Shown: piece after piece, positions 20,620 through 29,706 of the stretch | How positions within the stretch are numbered: position 1 is the stretch's first letter | Layout of the letters: each line of letters opens with the position of its first letter | DNA from: a virus | Length of the DNA stretch: 64,000 bases | IMG/VR virus record: IMGVR_UViG_3300017960_000013 | Reading direction: 5' to 3' (one strand) | The notes under the pieces: generated by a model | Seen by the model: only the letters and a program-made list of their open reading frames with translations | The model's database searches: none | What the model was told of the DNA's origin: nothing | Translations under genes and position numbers: made by a program

Positions 20620-21420
20620 TTAAGGCGCATCGTTAAAGCGTTCGCAAACAATCGTGAGCGCATCAGCACTCGTTTTCGCACTATATGTTTCTTTCGCCTT
20701 TTTGATGGCGGCTAAAATTTTTTGCCGTTGTTCTGCCGTCACCGCATACGACAGAGGGTAAAGTTGCGGCATATCCGACGGAACAACGGCTTTACCATCT
20801 GTCTCTTCCAATGGCTCTTCCAAAGCAGGACCATCTTCAAAAATGGGTTCTAAGTTGAATTCTGGTTTCCCCTCTGGCTCGTCCTTTCCAGATTTCTCGG
20901 GTTCCTTCTGCGGCAACATTTCTGCTACATCTACGTTTACTTTTTCAAGTTCAATATACGGCAAATCAAGTTTCTCATATAACGCTTCATCGTCAATTTT
21001 GATTCCCCGCAAAAGTTCATCAAGCTTTGGCTGATTCCAAAAACCTCCATAGCGTTCACTATTGAGCGTTATGTTCAAAGACTTTTCTTTAGAGCTATCC
21101 GGTTTAACGTCTACCCAAGTTATATCTTTGACGTGAATCCAATCCTGTCCTAACGACTTCAACGCTTTTATTCGTTGGTGTCCGCCAACAATACGATTCC
21201 CATTGACGTTGACCGTAACAGTGGTAGTCAGCCGGTAACCTTCGCCTCTTGTCTTCTTGGGAATAGCCTTGGTATGTTCTTTTATCGACGCCTTCAGACG
21301 TTCCAATTCTATATCGGTGATTAGGCGTGGATTGTAGGACAACGCCTGAAGCGTATCCAACGATACTTTCGTTTTCATATTTCCTCTGTCGAGAGAGATA
21401 CTTGTCTCAACAATACGCAA
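20620..21420 (-). CDS. ParB/Srx N-terminal domain protein (paralog of the downstream gene)
   Basis: YNPRLI, IVGGHQRIKAL, LNITLNS; likely start MKTK near 21378. Confidence 0.85.
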   Translation of the reverse strand: MRIVETSISLDRGNMKTKVSLDTLQALSYNPRLITDIELERLKASIKEHTKAIPKKTRGEGYRLTTTVTVNVNGNRIVGGHQRIKALKSLGQDWIHVKDITWVDVKPDSSKEKSLNITLNSERYGGFWNQPKLDELLRGIKIDDEALYEKLDLPYIELEKVNVDVAEMLPQKEPEKSGKDEPEGKPEFNLEPIFEDGPALEEPLEETDGKAVVPSDMPQLYPLSYAVTAEQRQKILAAIKKAKETYSAKTSADALTIVCERFNDAP

Positions 21421-21430
21421 ATATAAAATT

Positions 21431-21458
21431 ATTATATGGTTTTCGGGAAGAAAATCAA
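21431..21458 (-). promoter_or_regulatory. sigma70-type promoter ahead of the ParB/GT/PIG-L/rSAM cassette
   Basis: TTGATT-N16-TATAAT on the minus strand. Confidence 0.6.
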
Positions 21459-21467
21459 GAAAAAAAT

Positions 21468-22042
21468 TTAGCGTTTGTTAATTGGCGTGAATTCTCGCGT
21501 GGACAGATGAGCTTTGATTTGATCAAACGAGACCGGAGTGAAATCCCAAGCATCTACACCTACATCGCACGAAAGTGAATCCTTTGGCTCCTCCAAAGTG
21601 CCGTGAGTGTGTCCGTAACAATGCCAAGAGCCAAAATGAGATTTGTCCCAAACCCGCATAGCATAGTGACATAGAATGATTTCTTGATCATTGATCTTGA
21701 TACGCCTCAAATCACGCTTTTCTGAAAATCCATTTGCGCGTCTGACTGCTTGGCGATCATGGTTCCCGTAGATCAAACAAACATTTCCGTTCAAACGCTT
21801 GAGGTAACGCTCAACATCGGCAGGGTATCTGCCCCAACAAAAATCTCCCAAGTGCCAAACAATATCTCCCGCTTTGACGACTTTGTTCCAATTCTCAATA
21901 ATCGCCTCGTCCATTTCTTTCGCCGACGCAAAAGGACGGTTGCAATATTTTCGGATATTATCGTGCCCAAAATTCAGTGGGTGTCCGCAGTAAGCCACAC
22001 TTCCGTAGCTCTGCGAACACCCGTATTCTCCTTTGCATTCAT
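21468..22042 (-). pseudogene. calcineurin-like metallophosphoesterase split by an in-frame TGA and frameshift at the first motif (pseudogene, recoded gene or sequence error)
   Basis: ATG at 22042 reads ...EVWLTADTH-stop; FGHDNI, LGDF, GNHD, CHY and GHTHG continue in another frame 5 nt later. Confidence 0.7.
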
Positions 22043-22078
22043 TCTTAAACCCTTTTCAAAATTCGTGCTACACCCCAT

Positions 22079-22531
22079 CTAAGATTTTTTACTTGCATTC
22101 TTTTTCCTTTTGCCTTCTTCCTTTGCAACTTCTGCTTCTCTCTTCTTACTGTTACGAGTAATCTTTGCTAAAACGCCATCGTGCCTACGTTTATGATCTG
22201 GACAAACGTAAACCTGATCTCGCAAATCGCCGACGAATTTTCCTTTGTAATTGTAAACACAGTGATCTGGACCAGCAGCTCCTCTGCGTAAATACGCAAC
22301 CTGCCAACGGTTACATTTCTTTTTCTCTGTTTTATCGTATCTGTACCAACAGTACATGCGCATTCGGATTCCGTAAAATCCGTCGCCCATTTTGACAAAG
22401 CGGCCAATCCCAAAATACGAATCTATGGGCTTTCCGAGCAGTCTTTCGCAACTTCGAAGGTTATTCCACCTTATGTCCTCGGAGTGCCTCATTTTGGGCT
22501 GTTTTTTAGCTCTCGGATGCGCTTTCTTCAT
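22079..22531 (-). CDS. basic hypothetical protein
   Basis: Co-oriented ORF; start uncertain. Confidence 0.5.
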   Translation of the reverse strand: MKKAHPRAKKQPKMRHSEDIRWNNLRSCERLLGKPIDSYFGIGRFVKMGDGFYGIRMRMYCWYRYDKTEKKKCNRWQVAYLRRGAAGPDHCVYNYKGKFVGDLRDQVYVCPDHKRRHDGVLAKITRNSKKREAEVAKEEGKRKKNASKKS

Positions 22532-22937
22532 CGTCTTCCTTTTTTCTTCTCGGGTCATGCTGGTGTAGCAACTCATGTAATCCGCCAGACAAATCGCATT
22601 TCACGTTGCAATTCTTGTTCTCAGGATACCAATTACATTTTTCTTCATCCCTGCAAAATTCCCTATCTTCTGGAGCACAAGGGTCCGGCGCGACAATGAA
22701 ACGCGGAAGCATAACGGAACTCCCATCCAGCATTGCAAGCATAGAATGAGCAAAACCGGCAAGCCTTTCACGGGTGCTGTCTTTTTCTACTTTGGCCCAA
22801 TAGTCGATCATATTCCAAACGTGCTTCATGAAATGTTCAAACACTTCGTCATACGTCATTTCTCTCGGGCCGTCAGACGTCCTTCTACTGTCGTGAATCT
22901 TATGCCAATTCTCTTCCGCCCTTTCTTTCAAATCCAT
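22506..22937 (-). CDS. hypothetical protein
   Basis: 143 aa with RBS. Confidence 0.6.
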   Translation of the reverse strand: MDLKERAEENWHKIHDSRRTSDGPREMTYDEVFEHFMKHVWNMIDYWAKVEKDSTRERLAGFAHSMLAMLDGSSVMLPRFIVAPDPCAPEDREFCRDEEKCNWYPENKNCNVKCDLSGGLHELLHQHDPRRKKEDDEESASES

Positions 22938-22951
22938 TTCCCTTCCCCTAA

Positions 22952-23149
22952 TTAGTGAATCGAAGCGTCCCCAGTCTGCGAGTCTTCGGATTCAATTATG
23001 TTAGTACTAAACTGAAGACGTTTTGCAGACACATCTTCATTAAACATTTCTACTGCTTCTTTGTGAGCCTTTTCTTCGTTGTATTCATCCAAGCGAATTT
23101 CGTAACAACTTGAAACTTCGACCACAAAGCGATAACGTCCTTCGCTCAT
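22952..23149 (-). CDS. small hypothetical protein
   Basis: 65 aa, coupled to the AAA gene stop. Confidence 0.55.
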   Translation of the reverse strand: MSEGRYRFVVEVSSCYEIRLDEYNEEKAHKEAVEMFNEDVSAKRLQFSTNIIESEDSQTGDASIH

Positions 23150-24471
23150 CGCAGCATCTCCAAAATCTGTTCACGCAGCTTTTCATCCCCAATCAGCCAC
23201 TTCTGATTGCGCCCGTCGTTTTCCGTGCGCTTGGAAAGACGTTTGCACAATGAGTGACGAATGTCCGGAGGAACAACTTCGTTGGTGACGAACTTTTGGA
23301 AGTTTTTGATTCGCGCTGGCGTTTGCTCCGTTTCAGACTGAACCATCGTAGCAAAAAGTCGTTCGCAAGTGATGCCCAAAATATCCGTGCGCGGCTCCTT
23401 GCGCTTCATCAATTTCTTTACGCGGTCAGCAACGTTCTTCTTTCCATCAAGAACATCTTCCGGTTCAATGACGTCTTCCATATCCCTCGTGCAGAACACG
23501 AAAAACGCCGCAACCGTTTCTTCGTCCAAAAGGCTATGGGCGTGAACGGAAACGTCTTTGCGGATACCGCCACCGTCAAGGTCTTCAACGCTTGGAACGG
23601 TTTTCATGTACCGGAAAAACTCAGACAGCGTTCGCGGGTTGGTGCGCTCTTTCCCGATCATCATTTCAGGGTCAAAGAGACAAAACGAAATTCCACGGGC
23701 ATCAAGATTCTGCGACGTGGCCCATTCAGCCCACTGCTTGGCATCTTCCTGAAGCGTGATGTGTTTGATGCGCGTGATAATAGCCGCATCAATTGTCGTG
23801 ACCAGATAATCCTGTTCATCAGGGTTGCCCGTCAAAACGATATTGCAACCGGGAGGCAATTTCCACGACACCATGCCGTAGTTCTGGAGCAACTGCATGA
23901 TGCCCTTGATGATTCGGATGCTGGCGCGGTTGAAGTCATCCAGAAGCAAAATGGCAGGTCCGGGCTTGAGAGGTACCCAATCAGGCGGTGCCATAATCGT
24001 TCTCGGCGTGACGTTGGAATCAATCTGCCAACCGTCTTCCCTGAAGGCAACAACGGTCTGTTCGCGCTGCGGCACCCACTGCTCTTTCCTTTCAGAGTCC
24101 GGGCCTTTGCCCTCAATTTTGTACATCAGGATGCAGTCCATCGGAATGCCGTGAAGGTCGCCCATTTCTTCAAACTGCGCAATTGGAACATCGCGGATGT
24201 CCCAACCATCATACTTCTTGCCACGCCATTCGACGGGCGTGTTTTTGAGTTGTTTTACCAAAGCCGTTTTCCCGATGCCGGGATGCCCCCAGATACACTG
24301 GGCAAAACGCGGCTGACCACTTTGTTCATTGATGTCGTTCAGCTCGAAATTTGTCGTGATGAAAGAGAGCAGTCGATCATACTTCACGCGCTGACCATAA
24401 CAACCTTCGTACGTCTTTTCTTGTTCATTGATTTTCTTTTCTCTACGTCTCGCCATTTTTCTTCCTTTCAT
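23146..24471 (-). CDS. MoxR-like AAA+ ATPase (type usually paired with DUF2201 proteins)
   Basis: Walker A GHPGIGKT, Walker B LLLDDFNRA, LTGNP, R-finger region ITRIKH, NPRT. Confidence 0.85.
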   Translation of the reverse strand: MKGRKMARRREKKINEQEKTYEGCYGQRVKYDRLLSFITTNFELNDINEQSGQPRFAQCIWGHPGIGKTALVKQLKNTPVEWRGKKYDGWDIRDVPIAQFEEMGDLHGIPMDCILMYKIEGKGPDSERKEQWVPQREQTVVAFREDGWQIDSNVTPRTIMAPPDWVPLKPGPAILLLDDFNRASIRIIKGIMQLLQNYGMVSWKLPPGCNIVLTGNPDEQDYLVTTIDAAIITRIKHITLQEDAKQWAEWATSQNLDARGISFCLFDPEMMIGKERTNPRTLSEFFRYMKTVPSVEDLDGGGIRKDVSVHAHSLLDEETVAAFFVFCTRDMEDVIEPEDVLDGKKNVADRVKKLMKRKEPRTDILGITCERLFATMVQSETEQTPARIKNFQKFVTNEVVPPDIRHSLCKRLSKRTENDGRNQKWLIGDEKLREQILEMLR

Positions 24472-24968
24472 TCAATTTCAAATTTCACGCTCATTGTTTC
24501 CTCTTCCCTCACGTTATTTGCGAGCACTTCCGGAGAATCTACTTCTTTGCAATATGCTTTGAAACCCTTCGGATCAACCTTGAATTTCTTTCCAAAGGTA
24601 AAACCCTTTTGATCGAGTAGCATGACAAGCTCCCCAAGCCGCTCTGTAGAAACATTGACCTTCACTTCTGCCTTGACGACGTTTGCAAATTTGCCTTTTG
24701 ACAGTTCACCTTCAAATTCCTTCTGCGCTTCATCGTTAGGCAACTTCAATTCATAAGCAATTCTTTTGGATACCACCGCACAAGCTTTTGTGCCTTCCAA
24801 CCGAACACTTTTCTCGTCAGCTTCAAAGTCGGCCTTATTACAAAGAATTGCTTTTGTGCCTTGCAATTCCAACGCAACATTCTTCGCCGTTTGATCCAGC
24901 CGCGCACCATTGTCGATCAGCGTTGCTGTTTTGTCATCCACAGAAGCAGTCCTGATTGCCATTCTCAA
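24468..24968 (-). CDS. hypothetical protein
   Basis: 166 aa, coupled to neighbours. Confidence 0.6.
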   Translation of the reverse strand: MRMAIRTASVDDKTATLIDNGARLDQTAKNVALELQGTKAILCNKADFEADEKSVRLEGTKACAVVSKRIAYELKLPNDEAQKEFEGELSKGKFANVVKAEVKVNVSTERLGELVMLLDQKGFTFGKKFKVDPKGFKAYCKEVDSPEVLANNVREEETMSVKFEIE

Positions 24969-24973
24969 TCTCC

Positions 24974-25618
24974 CTATTTAATCTTTTCAACGATAGTCGT
25001 ACCGTTGTCGTCCGAGAAACGCCAAGCTACATCAGCCGCTTCCTGCATTGCTTCATGATGGCTGCACATTACCGTTTGCAAATCAAGCCGGTGCGCTATT
25101 TCATGAATAAATTCAGCAGCACGATCGATCCGATCAGTCAAATCCATATGCTTCCACGGCTCATCCAAAACACAAACACGGTCAGTCTGCCGCGAAGCCA
25201 ACAAAACAAGCAACCGCAAAGGAACAGAAATCGTATCGCTAACACCGCCGCCAAATCCATTCATCGTGCGCCGTACAACTCCTTGCGATGTCTTTTTCAA
25301 AAGCTTGATTTCTGTAAAGCTGCGATTATTCTTAACATCATACACAAGCTCAACGCCGTAGTCGTTATCATAAATAAGCGACAACGCTTCAGACACGACG
25401 TTTTCAATTTGGCTTTTCATCTCACCGCGTCTTGAGTTTGCGACATCCTCAAGAAATTGCAGAGCCTCTTGCCCAAGCTCAAGCTGGATCATATTATCCG
25501 AAATTCTTCGTATATGCTCGTCGATCTGCTTGTCCAACGTCTCGTTTTCGATCTGTAAACGAAGCAACGCTTCCTTTCGCTGAATCAATTTGGTCTCTAC
25601 TTTTTGTAGCCTGTTCAT
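24974..25618 (-). CDS. SbcC/Rad50-like ABC ATPase, C-terminal half only
   Basis: Coiled coil, signature-like GFGGG, Walker B VLDEP, H-loop CSHH; no Walker A. Confidence 0.75.
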   Translation of the reverse strand: MNRLQKVETKLIQRKEALLRLQIENETLDKQIDEHIRRISDNMIQLELGQEALQFLEDVANSRRGEMKSQIENVVSEALSLIYDNDYGVELVYDVKNNRSFTEIKLLKKTSQGVVRRTMNGFGGGVSDTISVPLRLLVLLASRQTDRVCVLDEPWKHMDLTDRIDRAAEFIHEIAHRLDLQTVMCSHHEAMQEAADVAWRFSDDNGTTIVEKIK

Positions 25619-25623
25619 GTTTT

Positions 25624-25634
25624 ATTATACAACC
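25624..25634 (-). promoter_or_regulatory. extended -10 promoter candidate
   Basis: GGTTGTATAAT on the minus strand, just upstream of the SbcC-like gene. Confidence 0.55.
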
Positions 25635-25642
25635 TTCCCGAC

Positions 25643-26257
25643 TCATTTTTGCGTGAAAAATTTGCTCGAATCAAAAACACTGTTGGTCCCCACCAAAACG
25701 AAGTGCGTTCCGTGAAAATCAAATTCCTTGTCATAATGATGATGCGCAAATACCCAAAGCTTCGGTTGATGAATTTCAAACATCATCTGAAACGCCTTCG
25801 TAGTTGGATTCAGATGGTCTGAAGTACATGCCCGTATCTGTCCAAGTACTTTCGCCGGGCATTCGTGCGTAGCAACGAAATCTGGCCTATTGGCCTCGTA
25901 AAGCTCAAGGCAATCTGAAAACTGACTGTAGGTAAGCTCTTCGCCTTTCCACCAACTCACGCCGGGAATACGCCGGTCTTTGTCAATGGAATAAGCACCG
26001 CTCACGAAAAACCAGACTTCTTTATTGAGTTGGGCGCTCCCAAAATTACCCAAGTAATTCGGATACGTTTCGCAACCCGTCGGATCATCGTGATTCCCGC
26101 GAATGAATTTATGAGGCGACGGTGTAGCAAGAATTTCTTCGCCACGCCTATCGAAACCAACGCCCATATCTCCAAGCTGAATTGAATACGGCAATTTCTT
26201 GATAATACCTTCGTAGGTATTAAATTCGCCGTGAATGTCGCCAATGAAAAACATCAC
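25643..26257 (-). CDS. metallophosphoesterase (calcineurin-like)
   Basis: GDIHG, LGDMG, RGNHD, HECP, AHHH. Confidence 0.85.
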   Translation of the reverse strand: MMFFIGDIHGEFNTYEGIIKKLPYSIQLGDMGVGFDRRGEEILATPSPHKFIRGNHDDPTGCETYPNYLGNFGSAQLNKEVWFFVSGAYSIDKDRRIPGVSWWKGEELTYSQFSDCLELYEANRPDFVATHECPAKVLGQIRACTSDHLNPTTKAFQMMFEIHQPKLWVFAHHHYDKEFDFHGTHFVLVGTNSVFDSSKFFTQK

Positions 26258-26703
26258 TCCAGTTCCTTCAAGATTTTCTTGACCTGTTCCAATGCGCTTT
26301 CATTCTCTTTGTTTTCAAGCTTTTTCTTTATCTCCAATTCCTGTTTACAGTCAAGCTTTTTCTTTTGACGCTTTGCAATCCTGCTGTTCAAGAACGTCAA
26401 TGCGCCTGTTTGATTTGTTATCTCCTTGTTTTCAATCTTGTATTCAATTGCTTGCCAAAATACTTTGTTCATTTTCTTCACAAGCGTTTCAGCTTCATCT
26501 TTCTTTTCAACCTTCAAAAGTTTTTCCCACGCTTTGTTGTAATGCCAAAGTGTTTTCCACCAATTCTTTTTCTCAAGATATTTTTCAGCCCGTTGAGTAT
26601 GTTCTTCAACGGACAATGATTTTTCTCTCCCGCGTGCTTCGATTAAAGAGCACGACGAAACCACTATCAACAATACTGCACTCAGTTTTCTTGTTTCATC
26701 CAT
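26254..26703 (-). CDS. hypothetical protein with N-terminal hydrophobic or signal segment
   Basis: LSAVLLIVVSSCSLIEA followed by TPR-like helices. Confidence 0.55.
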   Translation of the reverse strand: MDETRKLSAVLLIVVSSCSLIEARGREKSLSVEEHTQRAEKYLEKKNWWKTLWHYNKAWEKLLKVEKKDEAETLVKKMNKVFWQAIEYKIENKEITNQTGALTFLNSRIAKRQKKKLDCKQELEIKKKLENKENESALEQVKKILKELE

Positions 26704-26836
26704 ATCGCTGAAGTATCCTCTCTTTTGACTTCAATTCTTTTTCCTACAACAGAATCAATAGCCTTGTCTTCTGCTTCGGTTGGATTCTCGGCATCAATGT
26801 TGACTATCATTTTGACATTGACAGAAACTGAATACT

Positions 26837-27085
26837 TCATTCTTCGCTTCCTTCTGGTTTCTTGTTTGTCTTTACAGCGATTATAGAACCATCGGGCAAT
26901 ATAATGTTTTGCGTATGCTTCATTTCCTTTTTGACTCGCGTGCGAAATCTTTTACGCCTTTCTATTGCTTCCATTGAGAAGTCTGCTTTCAGAACCTTTT
27001 CAACTTCTTCCGGAGCGACTAACCCATTTTCAATTGCCGATGCGTATGCTTCTAACGTTTCTTTCATATTACAAGGGTCTTCCAT
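26837..27085 (-). CDS. small hypothetical protein
   Basis: 82 aa, co-oriented. Confidence 0.55.
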   Translation of the reverse strand: MEDPCNMKETLEAYASAIENGLVAPEEVEKVLKADFSMEAIERRKRFRTRVKKEMKHTQNIILPDGSIIAVKTNKKPEGSEE

Positions 27086-27086
27086 T

Positions 27087-27335
27087 TCAGTTCTCCAACA
27101 ATTTCATCCGGTTGAGTTGGCGTCGAACGTTTCGCGCCTCCTGCACCGTCGACAGATCAATCCGGTACTCCCGCTTCATCAAGTAAAGCGTCCAGCCACC
27201 TGCCAGCATCGGCGGGAACTTTATGAACTTGCCATTCATCACAGTTTGGTTTCTTCGCCCAAAGAGAATGCCGCGAAGTAGGCGCAGTAGCCCTTTTGAT
27301 AGGCCCAAAAGCCCAACCATGACACATTGCTTCAA
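27087..27335 (-). CDS. small hypothetical protein
   Basis: 82 aa, co-oriented. Confidence 0.5.
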   Translation of the reverse strand: MKQCVMVGLLGLSKGLLRLLRGILFGRRNQTVMNGKFIKFPPMLAGGWTLYLMKREYRIDLSTVQEARNVRRQLNRMKLLEN

Positions 27336-27354
27336 CGAGCCTCACCGACATCGT

Positions 27355-27843
27355 TCACTCCCAACCTTTGAATAAATGGATTAGGTCTTTGAAAAATCCC
27401 GATTCATCGTCCTCTGCTTTCGGTTTGGAAGCGTGGCAAAGGAATGCCGCGTTTATTGGCGCTGGAATTCCAGCCCCTTCAAACGGTTCATCAGCAAAAA
27501 CTCCACCATCATGATCAATGCAAACCAAAAGAGTTTCACCGCCTTCAAGATGGTACAAACCAAAAGCAACGATTCCATCTCCGTTGGGCCATATCTTTTC
27601 ATTATCGTTTGAGTAATAAGCAATCAAATCCTTGTAATGCTTTTCTGCTTCCTTGCTGGAAAGCCGGTAATAAACGGTATCAAGATCAACCGCCAAATTC
27701 CATGGGTCATCGCAAAACTCTCCGCAATGGAGTATGGTGTATTCATTCGGTTGTACCATCATCCCGAAATACTCAATTGGTTTGTTGTGAATGACTTCCA
27801 TCATGCCCTTCCTTCTGCAAACAAACGGAGACACTTTTTGCAT
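27355..27843 (-). CDS. hypothetical protein
   Basis: Likely start MMEVIH behind AGGAAGG. Confidence 0.55.
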   Translation of the reverse strand: MQKVSPFVCRRKGMMEVIHNKPIEYFGMMVQPNEYTILHCGEFCDDPWNLAVDLDTVYYRLSSKEAEKHYKDLIAYYSNDNEKIWPNGDGIVAFGLYHLEGGETLLVCIDHDGGVFADEPFEGAGIPAPINAAFLCHASKPKAEDDESGFFKDLIHLFKGWE

Positions 27844-28136
27844 GTCACGTTCTTTCTTACCGTTGTCGCGTTATCTCCATTAACGAAATAACTGCATGCG
27901 GCAGCGGGCCATTGAGGGTCGGCTCGAAAATGCATTGGTGCGCCTTTTCGGATTTTCTTTTCCCCAACCCTTTCGATGTGCTCGTCGATTTCAGATCGAA
28001 GCTCGTTCAAAATAGAAAGAGCCTCCTTTTTGGGACATGCTCTTTCTACGCGCTCAACAATCCACTTCACGTCATGGAGCGAACCTGTTCTTATTTTCCT
28101 ATTCATCATGTACCTTCCTTTTAATTTCTTCAACAC
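27801..28136 (-). CDS. hypothetical protein with C-terminal CxxC
   Basis: VTCKKC motif. Confidence 0.55.
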   Translation of the reverse strand: MLKKLKGRYMMNRKIRTGSLHDVKWIVERVERACPKKEALSILNELRSEIDEHIERVGEKKIRKGAPMHFRADPQWPAAACSYFVNGDNATTVRKNVTCKKCLRLFAEGRA

Positions 28137-28302
28137 AACATGGACAAAGCGTTAAATCTTCATCCCATTTTTTAGGATTGTCAGGATATTCGTAACATGT
28201 AGCACAAAGACGAAAACCACACTCTTGACAAACATAGTCTTCAAAAAGCGCATTCGCTGGAGTAACTTCTCCGCATTCAGCACATTTCATTTCACTCATC
28301 AC
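28099..28302 (-). CDS. small zinc-finger protein
   Basis: CAECG, CQECG, CATC, CPCC. Confidence 0.6.
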   Translation of the reverse strand: MMSEMKCAECGEVTPANALFEDYVCQECGFRLCATCYEYPDNPKKWDEDLTLCPCCVEEIKRKVHDE

Positions 28303-29186
28303 GCACCCGCTTTTTCACAAAGTTCCTTAATCCTGCGCATGTAACGCATCAATTTGCCTTCTGAAACCACTGCCTCAGACAACGACCCGTAATGATGTTC
28401 GAGACAGTCCATGAGCAATTCTTTGATTGCCTCTTCATCCGGCAACTGCTGAAGCTTGGAACGTGTGTAAAGCGACTCCAAATCCTTTTCTTTTGTCGCA
28501 TACCATTCTTCAATCCGCTCTAACGACCACTCGCCACGGCGAATTTCCTTGAGCTGCTCGCGATTGCGTTCAAGGTTGATATCGCCTTCCGCCATGATCT
28601 GTTCGATTTCGTCAAGCAGCCTGACGATGTTGTAACAAAACTTCGTATCAAATCCGTATTTGTCTACGAGTTCTTTCCGCTTGCCTTCTGGTTCTTTGTT
28701 CTTCGCCTTCTTGAGCTGCGAGCCAGCGTAGTTTTTGAAGCGGTGCCAGCTGCCTTTGTGCAAGAATATTTTCCGTTTCTCCCGCACGATGCTTCCAACC
28801 TGCGTACAATGCAAGATACAGCGTTGCGGCACAAACAAAGAGTCAATGACGTTTGGGTTATTGTTCATCAACAAATTGAAGTACTTGATGATACTGAAAA
28901 TCTGAAAGTCAAACTCTGTATTTTGCTCTTTGTCTTTGACCCCGTGCTCTTGCCACTGATTGAATTTCTCCGGCTGCGTTCCAAAATTGGGAATATACCC
29001 AGCAATGTGCGGAAAGATCATATGCTTGGGCGGGATACAAAACCCGTAAAGGTCCACATCACTTGAATCAGAATGACATCCATAAGCGATGCTACCCATC
29101 ATCGTCAAGTAATGAGTATTGCTGATCACAAACCCCGGTGGATGGATCAATTTCTTATCAGCTAACTTGCGCAAATCAACTTTCAT
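28299..29186 (-). CDS. Pol-beta-superfamily nucleotidyltransferase (RlaP/YcgL-like)
   Basis: GSIAYG..SDSSDVDLYG and NPNVIDSLF motifs. Confidence 0.85.
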   Translation of the reverse strand: MKVDLRKLADKKLIHPPGFVISNTHYLTMMGSIAYGCHSDSSDVDLYGFCIPPKHMIFPHIAGYIPNFGTQPEKFNQWQEHGVKDKEQNTEFDFQIFSIIKYFNLLMNNNPNVIDSLFVPQRCILHCTQVGSIVREKRKIFLHKGSWHRFKNYAGSQLKKAKNKEPEGKRKELVDKYGFDTKFCYNIVRLLDEIEQIMAEGDINLERNREQLKEIRRGEWSLERIEEWYATKEKDLESLYTRSKLQQLPDEEAIKELLMDCLEHHYGSLSEAVVSEGKLMRYMRRIKELCEKAGA

Positions 29187-29261
29187 TTGTCACCTTCAAA
29201 TTCAGGTTGCTGCTCCAAACAATCCGCTTCAAAAGTCAGTCAATCCGGCGTTCCAACGTCC

Positions 29262-29549
29262 TCAAACTATTTTGAGGCCGACGAGAATGCCAGCGCTTAC
29301 AGCCATTCCGATAGTCTTCAGAACAACTTCGTGGTCGAACACAGGGGGCCGGGCAACCATATTTCCATCCTTGTAATAGGTGAAACGAATGGCTTCCCAT
29401 TTGCTGCCGTCGTTCTCTTTGACGAGAACCTGCTGAACCGCGAATTGATAATTCGGATTAGCAGTTTTGACGTCACCCTCTGCTCCGCCAATCATGTCTG
29501 AACGCACTTCACGAACGACAATGTAGTTTGCTGTTTCTTTCAAAGACAT
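29262..29549 (-). CDS. hypothetical protein
   Basis: 95 aa with RBS. Confidence 0.5.
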   Translation of the reverse strand: MSLKETANYIVVREVRSDMIGGAEGDVKTANPNYQFAVQQVLVKENDGSKWEAIRFTYYKDGNMVARPPVFDHEVVLKTIGMAVSAGILVGLKIV

Positions 29550-29706
29550 ATCAACCTACCTTCCTGCGGGAAGTCCAGAGCAGCAACCCTCCTTCAATAA
29601 TCTCGCAACGCTTTGGCGGCAAGTCCAGCCACCACTCCAATAGCAATAAAGCTTCCCAATCCAAGAGCAACTGCGTCGTCTTCTCTCGGTTCCTGATTTC
29701 TCATCG

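Noticed and set aside
19916-21420. Plasmid or chromosome partition system
   Set aside because: No ParA or parS array, and the ParB-like genes lack a clear HTH; the context is a modification cassette.
21974-21976. Selenocysteine or stop-codon reassignment at the TGA in the phosphoesterase
   Set aside because: Read-through stays in a non-homologous frame, so a frame change is needed. Other conserved genes are unbroken, so there is no sign of an alternative genetic code.
23254-24612. 452-aa plus-strand ORF
   Set aside because: Antisense shadow of the AAA+ gene; no motifs or RBS, and the composition is what reverse-complement codon bias produces.
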